Both the position numbers and the translations under genes were made by a program. Below are positions 51,111 through 64,000 of a stretch of 64,000 nt of DNA, piece after piece. The number at the start of each line of letters is the position of its first letter. Position 1 is the first letter of the stretch. The stretch comes from Nemertoderma westbladi (lineage: Eukaryota > Animalia > Xenacoelomorpha): positions 1 through 64,000 of the forward strand of contig JAUCBJ010007265.1 in assembly GCA_032718475.1 (NCBI GenBank), written 5' to 3'. A model generated the notes under the pieces. The model searched no databases, was not told the DNA's origin, and saw nothing but the letters and a program-made list of their open reading frames with translations.

Positions 51111-53513
51111 AGATTTATTAATTGTTATCTAGCTATATATACACTACGTTGCTTTGATAAATTCCAATAAATACCAAATTCGTCGTAGTTGTGCAAAAAT
51201 CTACCAAATCAGAGCAAAATTCCTCGTAGCTATGCAAAAATCGCTGTTGCTAAGGATGTATTGCCTCTCATATGAAACACTCTAAGAAAAAACTTGTTCT
51301 TGCTGTCAAAAACGCTCCGCTGTTAAGATATGTTCCAGGTTACTATGGTAAATTCGTCGTTGCTATGTAAAACTTTCCGTTGCCATGAAAAACCCGCCGT
51401 TGCTATGGAAAGCATTATACTCATGCAGGAAACTTGTTTTTGCTTAGAATACCATGAAAAACTTTATGGTTGCTATGGAAAAGCTATGTCGCTATGCAAG
51501 TATAGTAAGTTAACATAAATTAATTTTGAAATTTTTGTCCATAATATGTTTCTATATACTTCAGTGTTCATATTTCACAAAATTTGGAGAAATTCCCCCT
51601 AGCAATTAGTGTATAAGAGGGAAATCTCCCGTTGCTATGGTCATGAGTAATTATTTACATTTAAAAAATAGCTATGATAGACCCCATATATATATTTTTC
51701 ATATCAATAAATTATTACCTTCTAAATATGAAAATATTAAAAAATAAGAAAGCGGAAGTGCATAAATGATGAAACATACCCATTGCTATGGTAACTATAT
51801 TTGACTGTGCTAGAGGTCATAGACCTCTACTGTGTAATGAGGAACTAAGGTATGTGCATATCATCAAAGTTGAAGTAAACTGAACATGTTTTCTTCAATA
51901 TTTTTTCCCCATTCCGAATGTTATCGGTTACCATGGCAACATAGACAAACTTGAATGGTCGGAAAGTAATTGTCTGGACTTGGCAACATCTCAGACACTA
52001 GATCCAAAATTGAATTTTTTTTAGATAGTTTGGAACTATATTAAATTTGGCAGAATATATTTAGTGACTTGTGACCATGGTTACAGGACTACCACAGGTT
52101 TATTTAAATAGGTCCACTTCTAGAAATCAAGAGTGTCTCAGGGATAATATATTTATAATTTTAGATGATTTTTCCAAATGTGTAACAATTATTAATCAAT
52201 AGTTTTATATTTTTCGGATATTTACTTAAAATCGGCTTCTGAAACTCGTTTTTGAAATAGTTGCCATGGCAACCGGAGTTTACAAATGACGTCAATGGAA
52301 TCGCTGATGCTGATATATGGGGGGTAGGTCAAGGTTAGAAGACTGTAGCTTTATTGGAAAGTAGACTATTGTAAATGACCTCCTGTTGTCATGGTAATAT
52401 GGGACCGATAAATCATGTTGCAAAGTTGGTTCCCCTTAAAAAATTAAAGGTATGATAATTACCTACACCTATGCCAATTATGGGAAGTTTGTCCAGAACG
52501 TCCACATTAACCTTATTTTTGAGGTTAAGCGACCTGACTATAATGTATATTGTTGGACATAATGTATCAGGTGCAGGTATTACTTCGAAGTTTATGTGGT
52601 CATTAGAAGCTCGTTGCTATGGAAATTTCACCTGTTTCTATGCAAAAAATAAAATGAATATATATGCATTATAATTGTTCCGCGTGGTCCATGTAGTTGG
52701 TCTTGACGTCGATTCGAAGTGATGCAACCAGTGAAAGGACCGTTGCCATGGACATTGTCGAAGTTGCTATATTTGCGTCTCCTGGTTACTATATAAATAA
52801 AAAAATGTTCTTCACCAGTAAACTAGTTACATCTGAAACACCGACAAGCTATCATTTCGCAGCGACAAGTATTACATGACAACCGTAGCTAAGCAGATTG
52901 TCTCCGTTTCTTTGTTTTTGGGTCTGTAAAGAATTTTCCAAACAGTTAAATTTTTGAGGGATTTTTCTTAACGAATGCTCAACCAACTGCTTCAGTAAAA
53001 CCAACAATGTTTTAAATCGTAATTTGTTGCAAAAATTATACCTCGCACAACCTATTACCACTGCATTGGATTAATAATGTATTGGAAATTCATCCTCAGG
53101 TGAGAGGCATTTAAAATATATGACTAAAAATTCGTACACATTCAGTTAAGTATTTCCTTATCTATCCAAAATTTATACAATTTCTTTGTCATCTTGCAAA
53201 AAGAATATTACTATTTTAATTCTTTACCGGTCGGTAGCTAGCTAATTACCCAGTACGCATCGGATTATATCATCAGTTATATTTAATCAAAATACCACAC
53301 AGAAATATTTAACTGTTTTGGAAACAGGAAATAGCTAACATTCTAGAACATTTTAATATCTTTATCAAGATTTAGAACCATTCATTGCTACTGTATAAAC
53401 TGTATAAGATATTTGAAGTACAGTAGCCTACTAACTGAGGACAGATGATAAACCTAGTACAGCATTTTATGTCGTTTTGATTAAAATAATTTGGTACGGT
53501 ATAACTATCTATA

Positions 53514-55463
53514 ATGGACTTCAACTATGGGTATAGGCCTTCTTTTTCTACACCATGTGCAAAACAGGATATTCAGCAGGAGTTCTCTGCACCATTGCCT
53601 CCATTGTCAGTAGTTCGTCCCGATTTAGGAGAACTTAACTGGCTTTGCCAAAGACGTTTTGCATTCCCCACCTATGTTAAACCGAATTATTTACCTACAT
53701 TCAAGCCAACACCATGGAGGAATTCGTGGAACCAATTTTCGATAAGAAGACCCTTGGTACGGTATCAAACGCAAGATGTATTCCCATACCCTAGCAGTTT
53801 ATCGTTTGACTGTACCCAACCATTATCCCATCCCCCTGCTTGTTACCAATTCTATAATACTAATCCACAGCCTTGTTATTATGATCAATCGAATTATAAA
53901 GCTTCTTTATTTCGCGATAGGCAGTTCACCTATCCTAAACAACCATTATCCAATCCTGAACAATATATATCCAAGACAGACCAAACACTATCCAATCCCG
54001 ATCAATCTCTGTACAATCCTGTTCATGCTCTAGACAATACTGATCGTTCTCTATCCAAGATATACCAGCCACTATCCATTCCTGATCAATCTCTATCCAA
54101 GATTTACCAGCCACTATCCATTCCTGATCAATCTCTATCCAAGATTTACCAGCCACTATCCATTCCTGATCAATCTCTATCCAAGATATACCAGCCACTA
54201 TCCATTCCTGATCAATCTCTATCCAAGACTGACCAATCACTATCCATCCCTGATCAATCTCTATCCAAGACTGACCAACCACTATCCATTCCTGATCAAT
54301 CTCTATCCAAGACTGACCAACCACTTTCCATTCCTGATCAATCTCTATCCAAGACTGACCAACCACTATCCATTCCTAGTCAATCTATATCCAAGACTGA
54401 CCAACCACTTTCCATTCCTGACCAACCACTATCCATTCCTGATCAATCTATATCCAAGACTGGCCAACCACTATACAATCCTGATCAACTAATGTCAAGT
54501 CCTCGTGTTCAAATGTCATCCAACCACAATCGTCAATCATTCCATGATGATCAAACCATCTCTATCCCGATCCCTTTATCGACAGTTCGAATTAATAATC
54601 CCCTGCCGAAAGCAAAAATCGACAAACCCCAGGTCACTGATATCTACGGCAACCCTAGACCCAACGTTACTTACCCACAGCTAATAGAAATGGCATTGCT
54701 CGAAAACGGGCCAATGGAAGTCGATGAAATCTATCGATGGTTCATAAAAACGTGGCCGTATTTTTTGTACTCCGGCGAAGGATGGAAAAACTCAATTCGG
54801 CACAATTTATCCATGAAACCAAAATTTTTCCGTGAGTTTGGCAGCAAATTAGGCAACAAGTGGCGTTTGTCTACTCAAGAAGAGGTTTTACGATTGCGAG
54901 CGCGCAAGTTAGCCAGAAAAGCCTACAAGAAGAAAAAGTTCGTGAAATCGAATCCAGAAGAAATTGAAGAAAGCGAAAGTAGCGATACCGATGTCGACGA
55001 CGATGATTTATTACATAAAGAGGTGAAAACATACAGGAATGAAAACGGAGAAGAGGGTTGTATAAGACGGATGTCGGGAAATTCGGATACTACAAGCCGA
55101 TTTACGGGGGCAAACGAAATGTGTCGCAACATTGGGGTTGGTTTCATGCGCCCTCTGGGCTATAAGGACGTTATTAATAGTTTAAAGAAACCAGGTAAAC
55201 GAATGAATCAGCCGGGAACTAGTAGGAAAACAAGCTGGAATGGTAACCTAAGTTCGGCGGAGTTTGCGTTAGGCAAAATTGCGAGTAAAAAAGGTCGTCA
55301 TGGGAACCCAAGAGTAAATGCGAACCAACTGTGGATGTCTTTCCCGAATATCGGATGCGTTATTGCAGAGAATCACCCATACGGAACGTGGCCCCCTACC
55401 GGCGTCTGGAAGAGTTCTGTTTCGAGCCCTACGTCGCCCCCCGATATAACGAAAAGTAATTAG
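53514..55463 (+). CDS. Divergent forkhead-box transcription factor, single exon, 649 aa
   Basis: Forkhead domain ~54654-54872: RPNVTYPQLIEMAL...VDEIYRWFIKTWPYF...GWKNSIRHNLS...KW; basic NLS-like and acidic stretches follow. Subfamily not assignable by eye. Confidence 0.85.
   Translation: MDFNYGYRPSFSTPCAKQDIQQEFSAPLPPLSVVRPDLGELNWLCQRRFAFPTYVKPNYLPTFKPTPWRNSWNQFSIRRPLVRYQTQDVFPYPSSLSFDCTQPLSHPPACYQFYNTNPQPCYYDQSNYKASLFRDRQFTYPKQPLSNPEQYISKTDQTLSNPDQSLYNPVHALDNTDRSLSKIYQPLSIPDQSLSKIYQPLSIPDQSLSKIYQPLSIPDQSLSKIYQPLSIPDQSLSKTDQSLSIPDQSLSKTDQPLSIPDQSLSKTDQPLSIPDQSLSKTDQPLSIPSQSISKTDQPLSIPDQPLSIPDQSISKTGQPLYNPDQLMSSPRVQMSSNHNRQSFHDDQTISIPIPLSTVRINNPLPKAKIDKPQVTDIYGNPRPNVTYPQLIEMALLENGPMEVDEIYRWFIKTWPYFLYSGEGWKNSIRHNLSMKPKFFREFGSKLGNKWRLSTQEEVLRLRARKLARKAYKKKKFVKSNPEEIEESESSDTDVDDDDLLHKEVKTYRNENGEEGCIRRMSGNSDTTSRFTGANEMCRNIGVGFMRPLGYKDVINSLKKPGKRMNQPGTSRKTSWNGNLSSAEFALGKIASKKGRHGNPRVNANQLWMSFPNIGCVIAENHPYGTWPPTGVWKSSVSSPTSPPDITKSN
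53935..54490 (+). repeat. 42-bp coding tandem repeat (14 aa DQSLSKxxQPLSIP, about 13 copies) in the Fox ORF
   Basis: Visible in DNA (cctgatcaatctctatccaaga...) and protein; built from a 21-bp sub-period. Confidence 0.92.
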
Positions 55464-55624
55464 TTTCGCTTTGTTATCACAGGTCTTTTGGTCTCAGTCA
55501 GTGTCGTTCAAAATATTTTATTAAAATATTACTGATGAACTTATTATAATTATAATTTTGTAAGATAAATATTTATAAATTGACTTGTTATGATAAACAT
55601 ACTTATTTTTATAAGGATTTCCTA

Positions 55625-56070
55625 CTAGGACTACTACTACTAGGATCGGCATGCTGCATTGCAGCTACATTTTTAAGAATGCTGTGCCGGCTTGTCGACA
55701 AAATTGCGCCGCCACAACTCCCTACCACCCATGATATTTGCTAGATCATCCGCATCTTCAAGGCCAGTGTCCTTTAAGATGCGTCTCCAGAAAGTCATGG
55801 GCTGTCCACCATGCTTATTCACTCCATGAAGCTGCCAAAGCACACGATTATGCACTGGCTGGTCCTCACGGCGAAAGCAATGTCCAGCAAAGCGGAGGTG
55901 GCTTTGTGCTAGAGTCAAGCTTGGGGGAACCAATGAGACACCTATGTTATTTCCATGCCTGGGTTGATTGCCTGCTGTCGTCAGCATTATTGATGGCATC
56001 AACCTGTTGGTTTATTAGCTCCTGTAGATTAACAGAGTACTGCCTTTTCAGGGACCTAGATGCAGCCTAG
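55625..56070 (-). pseudogene. RTE-clade LINE 3' fragment
   Basis: HLRFAGHCFRREDQPV...LWQ; (TAG)n tail at ~55625-55643; same family as 21550-22075. Confidence 0.75.
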
Positions 56071-56557
56071 GCCGATGTAGTCGGTTTGAGTCGGGACTCT
56101 TTCTGCGCCTTATAGAGGTCATTTCGGCACTTCTGAATTTTGACGGCACTTCAGGATTTCCTACGAACCTCATTGCTAGTCCAGTTAGTATTTACAATAT
56201 TCCGTAAAAATTTAGAAAGAATCTGAAGTTTGGTCAAAAATCAGACAGTCTGTCTGTCGGTACCGGTAGTTTGATAAGCGGAATAAGTCGGTCAATCTTT
56301 GATGCAATTAAACCGAACTTGGTAAACATGTAAGGAGTAGGGGTAGGCTATTACCTATTCATGGGGCCTTCGCGCAGCACGGGACTTAGCTACTCCGAGA
56401 ACGGTTAAACCGAGAAAGATGTAATCCGAGAAGGCCTACTTGTTCTATTTAAGCAATGCCCATAGTAATCAAATTACAGATGAATATGATGGTTGGTACT
56501 ATATTTACAGCTATACTTCAACGTTTCTCACAATTCGCCTAGCAGCAGATAGAGGAA

Positions 56558-59500
56558 CGAGAGAAAGCCGCCCCAATATTAGATTATTACAACAACATAT
56601 CCATTGGGTATGAAAGTGGAGGAGAGCCAGCCCGTCTCTTAATTTTTTACTTTATATTACGCGATCAATTTTCACTCATCTCGTCATGAACCCAACATGT
56701 ATGTAACCTTTTGTTAAATTTGTTGGCTATGCGTTTGCGGTTGTTTGGGCGGAGTGTGGTAGGCCTACACTTTTCACACTTAAATATTTTGGTTGTGAAA
56801 TGTTACAGGGCATAGCTATCTGAGATATTTCATTTATATTTTATTATGAGAGGAAGAAGAACATACAACGTTATTTACTATATATGTAACAAAATATTTG
56901 TTTTCGGGTTTAACTTGGAAGCCTCCCCAAATAGTTGATATACAATTATATTTAAAATTATTTCCATGGTCATGGTCATTCACCCGTCTTTAGTTAGAAA
57001 TTTGTTTGCATGAAAGACAGTTTAGTTTAGTTTTTACTGATTTATTATCTCTTATCTGACTGGGGTAATAATAAAGGATAGGATAAATGGAAGCAAAGTG
57101 TGACAGTAACAAATATTTCCCCGTCACCCTAGCATGTCTTAAGTATATGATATATCAAAGGGGGAAGTTTGGATTCACTGCATAAATGCAGTTCACCAAA
57201 CTTCCCCCGAATGCACACTGTAACTTCCCCCTTCCCACAAATATCCACTGTTGAATTAATTTGAAGCGATATAATAAGTACAAAATTGTGCGAGTTTTTA
57301 ATTGTGTGGTCCAATTGTTATTTGATTTCTATTTATTATTTAAAGTGCATTTAATATCACACTGGTTTTTAGAATATTATACTATACAACCTTATGTTTT
57401 ATTAATGTACCCAATCGAAGCCTCATAAGGGCCGGTTATTTGTACGCATATCCCCTAATGCGCTCAGTAAGGTTCAAACAACATATTAATATGAAAATAA
57501 AGTATCTGCAAAGAAAAGAACCCAATACTATATAATTTGACCTTATTAAAAAATTTGCACTTTTGCACACTTATTTGCACAAATGCACTTTAGCAGATCG
57601 TAATGGTGGCTCTTATTTAACAAACTTATGTTTATCCTCTACCGATCTACGATGGTGTATGATCAAGTGTCAGTCGCTAAAAGTGTCAAAAATCCAATTT
57701 AATAAATCTGGATTTGCGATTTTGGACCATATTCATGGACATTTTTAAGTCACTTTATAGACATAAAAAGATAAACAAATGTTAAGATTATAGTTAGAAA
57801 TCACTCCAAACTACATTTTAATCCAAAAAATAATATACTACGATGAATAGAACTGGAAATAACAGTGTTTGAAATATCGAAAAAATGTTCAGGGGCTATT
57901 TAAGTGCATTTTGCACTAAGTGCACATAAGTCTTTTCCCAAGTTTTATCCTATTTCACACACTACAATCTATCCTCTATCCAATGAAAAAAGTTTCAGAT
58001 TACACGGCCCTGTAGAACCGAAGTTATTGATGTTTAAAAATAGTCACTCGAAAATTTCAAATTCTCTTGGTCACATAGTCTAGTGGTTATCAATCACGTT
58101 AATGAAACCTAAGTTCGCGGGTTCGAAATCCAATATTGACCTGACCATTCTTAATTTTTTTGCAAAAAAAATTATTTTTATTTTTTCACTAAAATCGCTC
58201 TAACTTCGGTTCTGGTGGTCCAAATTCAATAAAATTGGTATATTCTTTGCCGTAATTGTTTTCTTAATCTTTTGAGAAGGGGTTATTTTTGGCCCCAAAA
58301 AAATTTAAAAAAAGGGCCAAAATAACGCGATATTTTTCGACCCTTAAAATTCGTAATTTAATTTTAATTATATATGTTAAGATAAAAGATAGCGGAGTTA
58401 ATTTGATACTTTTTACAGGTACGTTTGGCGCAATACGCTAAATTATAATGGAATAGCGATTTGTTAAAAAAAAAAATTTTCGTCCCTTTTTATAAATATT
58501 ATATGTCACACGATCGCCTGCCGCTCCAGTTTTATAATACCTCCGGCGCTGTGATTAACGCTGTTAGATAGATAATTTAACGCACTATAAGTCTGTGTAA
58601 ACAAATCTCCCGTACGTTAAGTAGTTTTCGAGCTAGACGATTTCCCGCGAAGCAAGTTTGAAGCGCGAAATTATAATTTTGGCCCTCATTTTTTTAATAT
58701 CATCCTTGGAGCAAAACCGATAGCATATTTGAATTCCCCGTATGGATATTGACTGTATAGAATGTACCTTAACCAACTAAAGTTAAAAATAAAAAATTAT
58801 TCGATAAAAACTACTTTACAAATTCTGGCCCTTTTTGGCCCCTATTGCCGACATATTTTTTGTACCCCCATTCGATAGGAACGTTGCCCCAATGGTCTTC
58901 TACGAGTTTCATAAAAGAATTAGTGGATTCCTACCCGCGTTGTCGAATTAAACATTTCGGAAATAAGTTTTCCAAAAAAGACGGACAAAAACGTACAAAT
59001 TTACAGCCCCTTTTTCCACCCGAAATTTTAATAAATATCTTACCCCCATTCGATACGAAGGTAGTACCACTCTTCCCCTTTCCAACCGCGTTACTTTCGT
59101 CCCCGTACGATTAATATTAGCCGAGTTATAGCGGATCCCGCAAAGTCATTTTGTCCGTTTTTTCAACTTTGACGGACATTTTCGGAAAAAAGGCGTGGTA
59201 ATCTTTTTTGAAAAAAAAAACGAATTCACTAATTAATCCCTTCTATCGTATCCCGGCGTCGGCTAAGCAATAACCTAGGGTTTTTTCGAGCCACTGTAGA
59301 GCGCCTTTCAAAAAAATTTAAAAATTGTCGAAAAAATGACGGATTTTTGTCCGCCGTGTCCGTCGAAGGGTTAGATTTAATAATGTTAGAGTTGCTAATA
59401 TCTTAGAATTCCGAGCCGCTCCCCTGGTGAGAAAATAAAAAAATTTGGTCTGTTCCTTCATCGAAAAGTCCCCCAGAATCCCAAGTTAACCTATATTGTT

Positions 59501-62196
59501 AGCGATGGCCTGCGGCTTTAGGAGCGGCCGCGGTATTCACCTCCCTCATAGCGGCCGCGGCGGTGCTGCGTCAAATGGAGAAATATTTATCCCACCGAGA
59601 GAAAGCCGCCCCAATATTAGATTATAACAACAACATTTCCATTGGGTAAGAAAGTGGAGAAGAGCCAGGCCCGACTCTCAATTTTTTAGTTTATATTACG
59701 CGATCAATTTTCACTCATCTCGTCATGAACCCAACATGTATGTAAACTTTTTATAAATTTGTTGGCTATGCGTTTGCGGCTGTTTGGGCGGGGTGTGGTA
59801 GGCCTACACTTTTCACACTGAAATATTTTGGTTGTGAAATGTTCAGGGCACAGCGATCTGAGATATTTCATTTATATTTTATTATGAGAGGAAGAAGAAC
59901 ATACAACGTTATTTACTATATTATATGTAACGAAATAATTGTTTTTGGGTTTGGAAGCCTCCCCAAAGAGTTGATATACGATTATATTTAAAATTATTTC
60001 CATGGTCATGGTCATTCACCCGTCTTTAATTAGAAATTTGTTTGCATGAAAGACAGTTTAGTTTGGTTTTTACTGATTATTATCTCTTATCTGACTGGGG
60101 TAATAATATAGGATAGGATAAATGGAAGCAAAGTGTGACAGTAACAATTATTTCCCTGACAACCTAGCATGTCTTAAGTATACGATATCTAAAAGGGGGA
60201 ACTTTGGATTCACTGCATAAATGCAGTTCACCAAACTTCCCCCGAATGCACACTGTAACTTCCCCCTTCCCCCAAATATCCACTGTTAAATTAATTTGAA
60301 GCGATATAATAAGTACAAAATTGTGCGAGTTTTTAATTGTGTAGTCCATTTGTTATTTGATTTCTATTTATTATTTAAAGTGCATTTAATATCACACTGG
60401 TTTTTAGAATATTATACTATACAACCTTATGTTTTATTAATTTACCCAATCGAAGCCTCATAAGGGCCGGTTATTTGTACGCATATCCCCTAATGCGCTC
60501 AGTAAGGTTCAAACAACATATTAATATGAAAATAAAGTATCTGCAAAGAAAAGAACCCAATACTATATAATTTGACCTTATTAAAAAATTTGCACTTTTG
60601 CACACTTATTTGTACAAGTGCACTTCAGCAGATCGTAATGGTGGTTCTTATTTAACAAACTTATGTTTATCCTCTACCGATCTACGATGGTGTATGATCA
60701 AGTGTCAGTCACTAAAAGTGTAAAAAATCTAATTTAATAAATCGCGACATTTGCGATTTTGGACCATATTCATGGACATTTTTAAGTCACTCTATAGACA
60801 TAAAAAGTTAAACAAATGTTACGATTATAGTTAGAAATCATTCCAAACTACATTTTAATCCAAAAAATAATATTCTACGATGAATAGAACTGGAAATAAC
60901 AGTGTTTGAAATATCGAAAAAATGTTCACTATTTAAGTGCATTTTGCACTAAGTGCACATAAGTCTTTTCCCAAGTTTTATCCTATTTCACACACTACAA
61001 TCTATCCTCTATCCAATGAAAAAAGTTTCAGATTAAACGGCCCTGTAGAACCGAAGTTATTTATGTTTAAAAATAGTCACTCGAAAATTTCAAATTCTCT
61101 TGGTCACATAGTCTAGTGGATATCAATCACGTTAATGAAACCTAAGTTCGCGGGTTCGAAATCCAATATTGACCTGACCATTCTTAATTTTTTTGCAAAA
61201 AAAATTATTTTTATTTTTTCACTAAAATCGCTCTAACTTCGGTTCTGGTGGTCCAAATTCAATAAAATTGGTATATTCTTTGCCGTAATTTTTTTCTTAA
61301 TCTTTTGAGAAGGGGTTATTTTTGGCCCCAAAAAAATTAAAAAAAAGGGCCAAAATAACGCGATATTTTTCTACCCTTAAAATTCGTAATTTTAATTATA
61401 TATGTTAAGATAAAAGATAGCGGAGTTAATTTGATACTTTTTACAGGTACGTTTGGCGCAATACGCTAAATTATAATGGAATAGCGATTTGTTAAAAAAA
61501 AAATTTTTCGTCCCTTTTTATAAATATTATATTTCACACGATCGCCTGACGCTCCAGTTTTATAATACCTCCGGCACTGTGATTAACGCTGTTAGATAGA
61601 TAATTTAACGCACTATAAGTCTGTGTAAACAAATCTCCCGTAAGTTAAGTAGTTTTCGAGCTAGACGATTTCCCGCGAAGCAAGTTTGAAGCGCGAAATT
61701 ATAATTTTGGCCCTCATTTTTTTAATATCATCCTTGGAGCAAAACCGATAGCATATTTGAATTCCCCGTATGGATATTAACTGTATAGAATGTACCTTAA
61801 CCAACTAAAGTTAAAAATAAAAAATTATTCGATAAAAACTACTTTAAAAATTCTGGCCCTTTTTGGCCCCTATTGCCGACATATTTTTTGTACCCCCATT
61901 CGATAGGAACGTAGCCCCAATGGTCTTCTACGAGTTTCATAAAAAATTAGTGGATTCCTACCCGCGTTGTCGAAATAAACATTTCGGAAATAAGTTTTCC
62001 AAAAAAGACGGACAAAAACGTACAAATTTACAGCCCCTTCCGAAATTTTAATAAATATCTTACCCCCATTCGATACGAAGGTAGTACCACTCTTCCCCTT
62101 TCCAACCGCGTTACTTTCGTCCCCGTACGATTAATATTAGCCGAGTTATAGCGGATCCCGCAAAGTCATTTTGTCCGTTTTTTCAACTTTGACGGA
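56558..62196. repeat. Tandem duplication: 56558-59595 and truncated copy 59596-62196
   Basis: Both copies start cgagagaaagccgccccaatattagatta (offset 3038) and align closely; copy 2 stops at caactttgacgga (equivalent to 59176). Confidence 0.95.
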
Positions 62197-63443
62197 TGTT
62201 CGCGCTTTCAGACCTTTAGCAGTTTAACCTGCCAAATTGGGATGTCTTCTAGATAATAGATCGTCTTTAGCCTATGACACGTATTTGATACACTACATTA
62301 GCCGAAGCCAGTCTATGCGCGATCAATCACCCGCTGGATATACCCGGGAGACTGGATTCGGAAGCCTAACCGTATTGCGGTGTAGGCCTACTGTATTATT
62401 CGACTGATCGTAATATATAATCTCTGACAAATATTATTCACTTTCGGGAAATATTAACAGTTCCTTTAGGACGTGGCGCTCTAAATATGTAAACAGAGTT
62501 ATGACTTAAACTAGACACAACGGGATGGCTATAGATTCACGTATATGGCGCATTCTTTAGGAGATGCTTTGTTATCAGTCACAATCATACACAATACTGC
62601 ACAATGCTGCACACCGATCTGCCGACCTTCACTAATTTTAGTCACATATAAAGAGAACAACAACCAATACATGTAGGGCCTATGAAATAGCATTAGATTC
62701 ACTCCAAAACCAATATAATGTAAGTCGCAATCGTTATATGTAACCGGTCTCTCTAACCTTCAGTATATCAAGAAGATTGGGGTGTCTGATTATTGATTGA
62801 TATTATCCAAATATAATAATATTCCATCAACAGATATAATGAATAACCGACAGTAAATAGCAGTAAAAATGCGGTGTTTGTAGTTGACAATATGATTAGG
62901 TGAGTGAGTGAGATAACAGATATACGTTCTATAATTAAGCCTACTAATGTTGGGCTAAAGACTGAAAACACAGAGATTCCGAAGCCGATCTTCTGGGCTC
63001 AGGACAAAATGTAAACATTGACCCATAGTGCATTGCGTGATTTCTCGGAGGTTTCTGTACAAAAAGCAGGAGAATCGCTCTGATTGGTTGACCGAACAAA
63101 GAAACACCAGAGAACAAGGAAAAGCTACACGTGTACAGCTCAGCTGTTAGCTGTCGTCATAGTAACTACACTGTTTCAAGAGGATCTAGCGCATTGCGTC
63201 ATAGAATTGCTAATTATGTCCGCTAAAGTACACATGCAGAAGAAATGGCTTTTTATGTCCACTAAAACACCAGTACAGTAAGGAAACGGCTTTTTATGCC
63301 CGTTAAACCAACTACAGAGTACTTTGCGGGGAAAATAACCAGCCAATTCCGCAAAAGCTTTTACACCGCTCCCAGAAAATGGGATTTAATTCTATAAAAT
63401 ATAAAAAATCACAGTTTCTAAAATATAAAAATACTCTAAACAG

Positions 63444-64000
63444 TTAGTTTTTCTTGCGCGGACGGCGTTTACGCAGTTTTTTGAGGCTAGCAAGAGTCCT
63501 TTTCTCTTTGGGGCGAGCCACTTTACTAGGAGGGCTGTAATTCCTGGGTGAAGGGTGCAATACAATTGCATCAGAAGGTTTAGGGTTACGGTCGATGTCC
63601 CGTCCATTTCGATATGCTTCTCCTCGATCTGATTTTCCTCTGCTTATCGTTGGATGCGTTCGTCCAAAACTCTTGCAGAGAATAGGGTCGTCCAAGTTCG
63701 ATATCTTCTTAGAAATTCTGAATTTCCTGATCGAACTGAGATGAAGCTAATTCGTTTACCGCTTGGACTTGCTGCTGCAATTTACGTGTCTCTAAACAAT
63801 TGTAGGTTCATTTTCCGCTCTTTTGACGAATAGTGTCCAACGCTTTTCGTACAACTCTCTCCTCCGCCTCGGTGACAGGTTGTATCGGGTTAAACAGGGA
63901 CGATGATACGGTTGAATGGCGATATTAGATGTCCGCGTCCCAATCCGACTAGGTAAGATGGGCGAATATTTAGGGAGCCCACAACCGGAGTGCCACCGAC
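63444..64000 (-). pseudogene. Decayed unidentified ORF, runs off the window edge
   Basis: GC-richer, coding-like stretch with helical segments (VTEAEERVVRKALDTIRQK, KLQQQVQAVNELASSQFDQEIQNF) broken by stops; an overlapping frame ends in a basic tail KKLRKRRPRKKN. Confidence 0.3.

Larger units (their letters stand above)
47886..52540 (+). mobile_element. Academ DNA transposon, internally deleted, ~1.3-kb TIRs
   Basis: Termini TAGTTAGGTCGCTTAAC / GTTAAGCGACCTGACTA with TAA duplicated on both sides; TIRs ~47886-49170 and ~51210-52540; internal XPG-like nuclease remnants. Confidence 0.85.

Noticed and set aside
58069-58135. tRNA gene (also ~11385-11425, ~11975-12020, ~40330-40405, ~61102-61166)
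   Set aside because: A/B-box remnants only; no complete cloverleaf could be folded, so these are SINE-like relics.

Overview
AT-rich eukaryotic (probably invertebrate animal) genomic window made up almost entirely of nested transposable elements. The only clear host-type gene is an intronless, divergent forkhead-box ORF (53514-55463). Left to right: decayed LINE, an apparently intact piggyBac (3372-6382), 53/57-bp minisatellite arrays, a scrambled Helitron (PIF1-type helicase, OTU protease, HUH Rep), MITEs and LINE fragments, a decayed BEL/Pao gag-pro remnant, a near-complete BEL/Pao LTR retrotransposon (minus strand, about 27.6-39.3 kb), a Penelope-type hammerhead ribozyme unit, an RTE-X-like LINE, a long-TIR element with a YqaJ remnant, an Academ element, the Fox gene and a 3-kb tandem duplication. 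The most striking object is the BEL/Pao element. Downstream of integrase, in the env position, it carries about 21 hairpin-bearing 48-bp repeats and then an uninterrupted ORF with DEDDy (WRN/EXD/RNase D-type) 3'-5' exonuclease motifs. All family calls come from motif reading by eye; no searches were run, and element boundaries are approximate unless a TIR or TSD is quoted.
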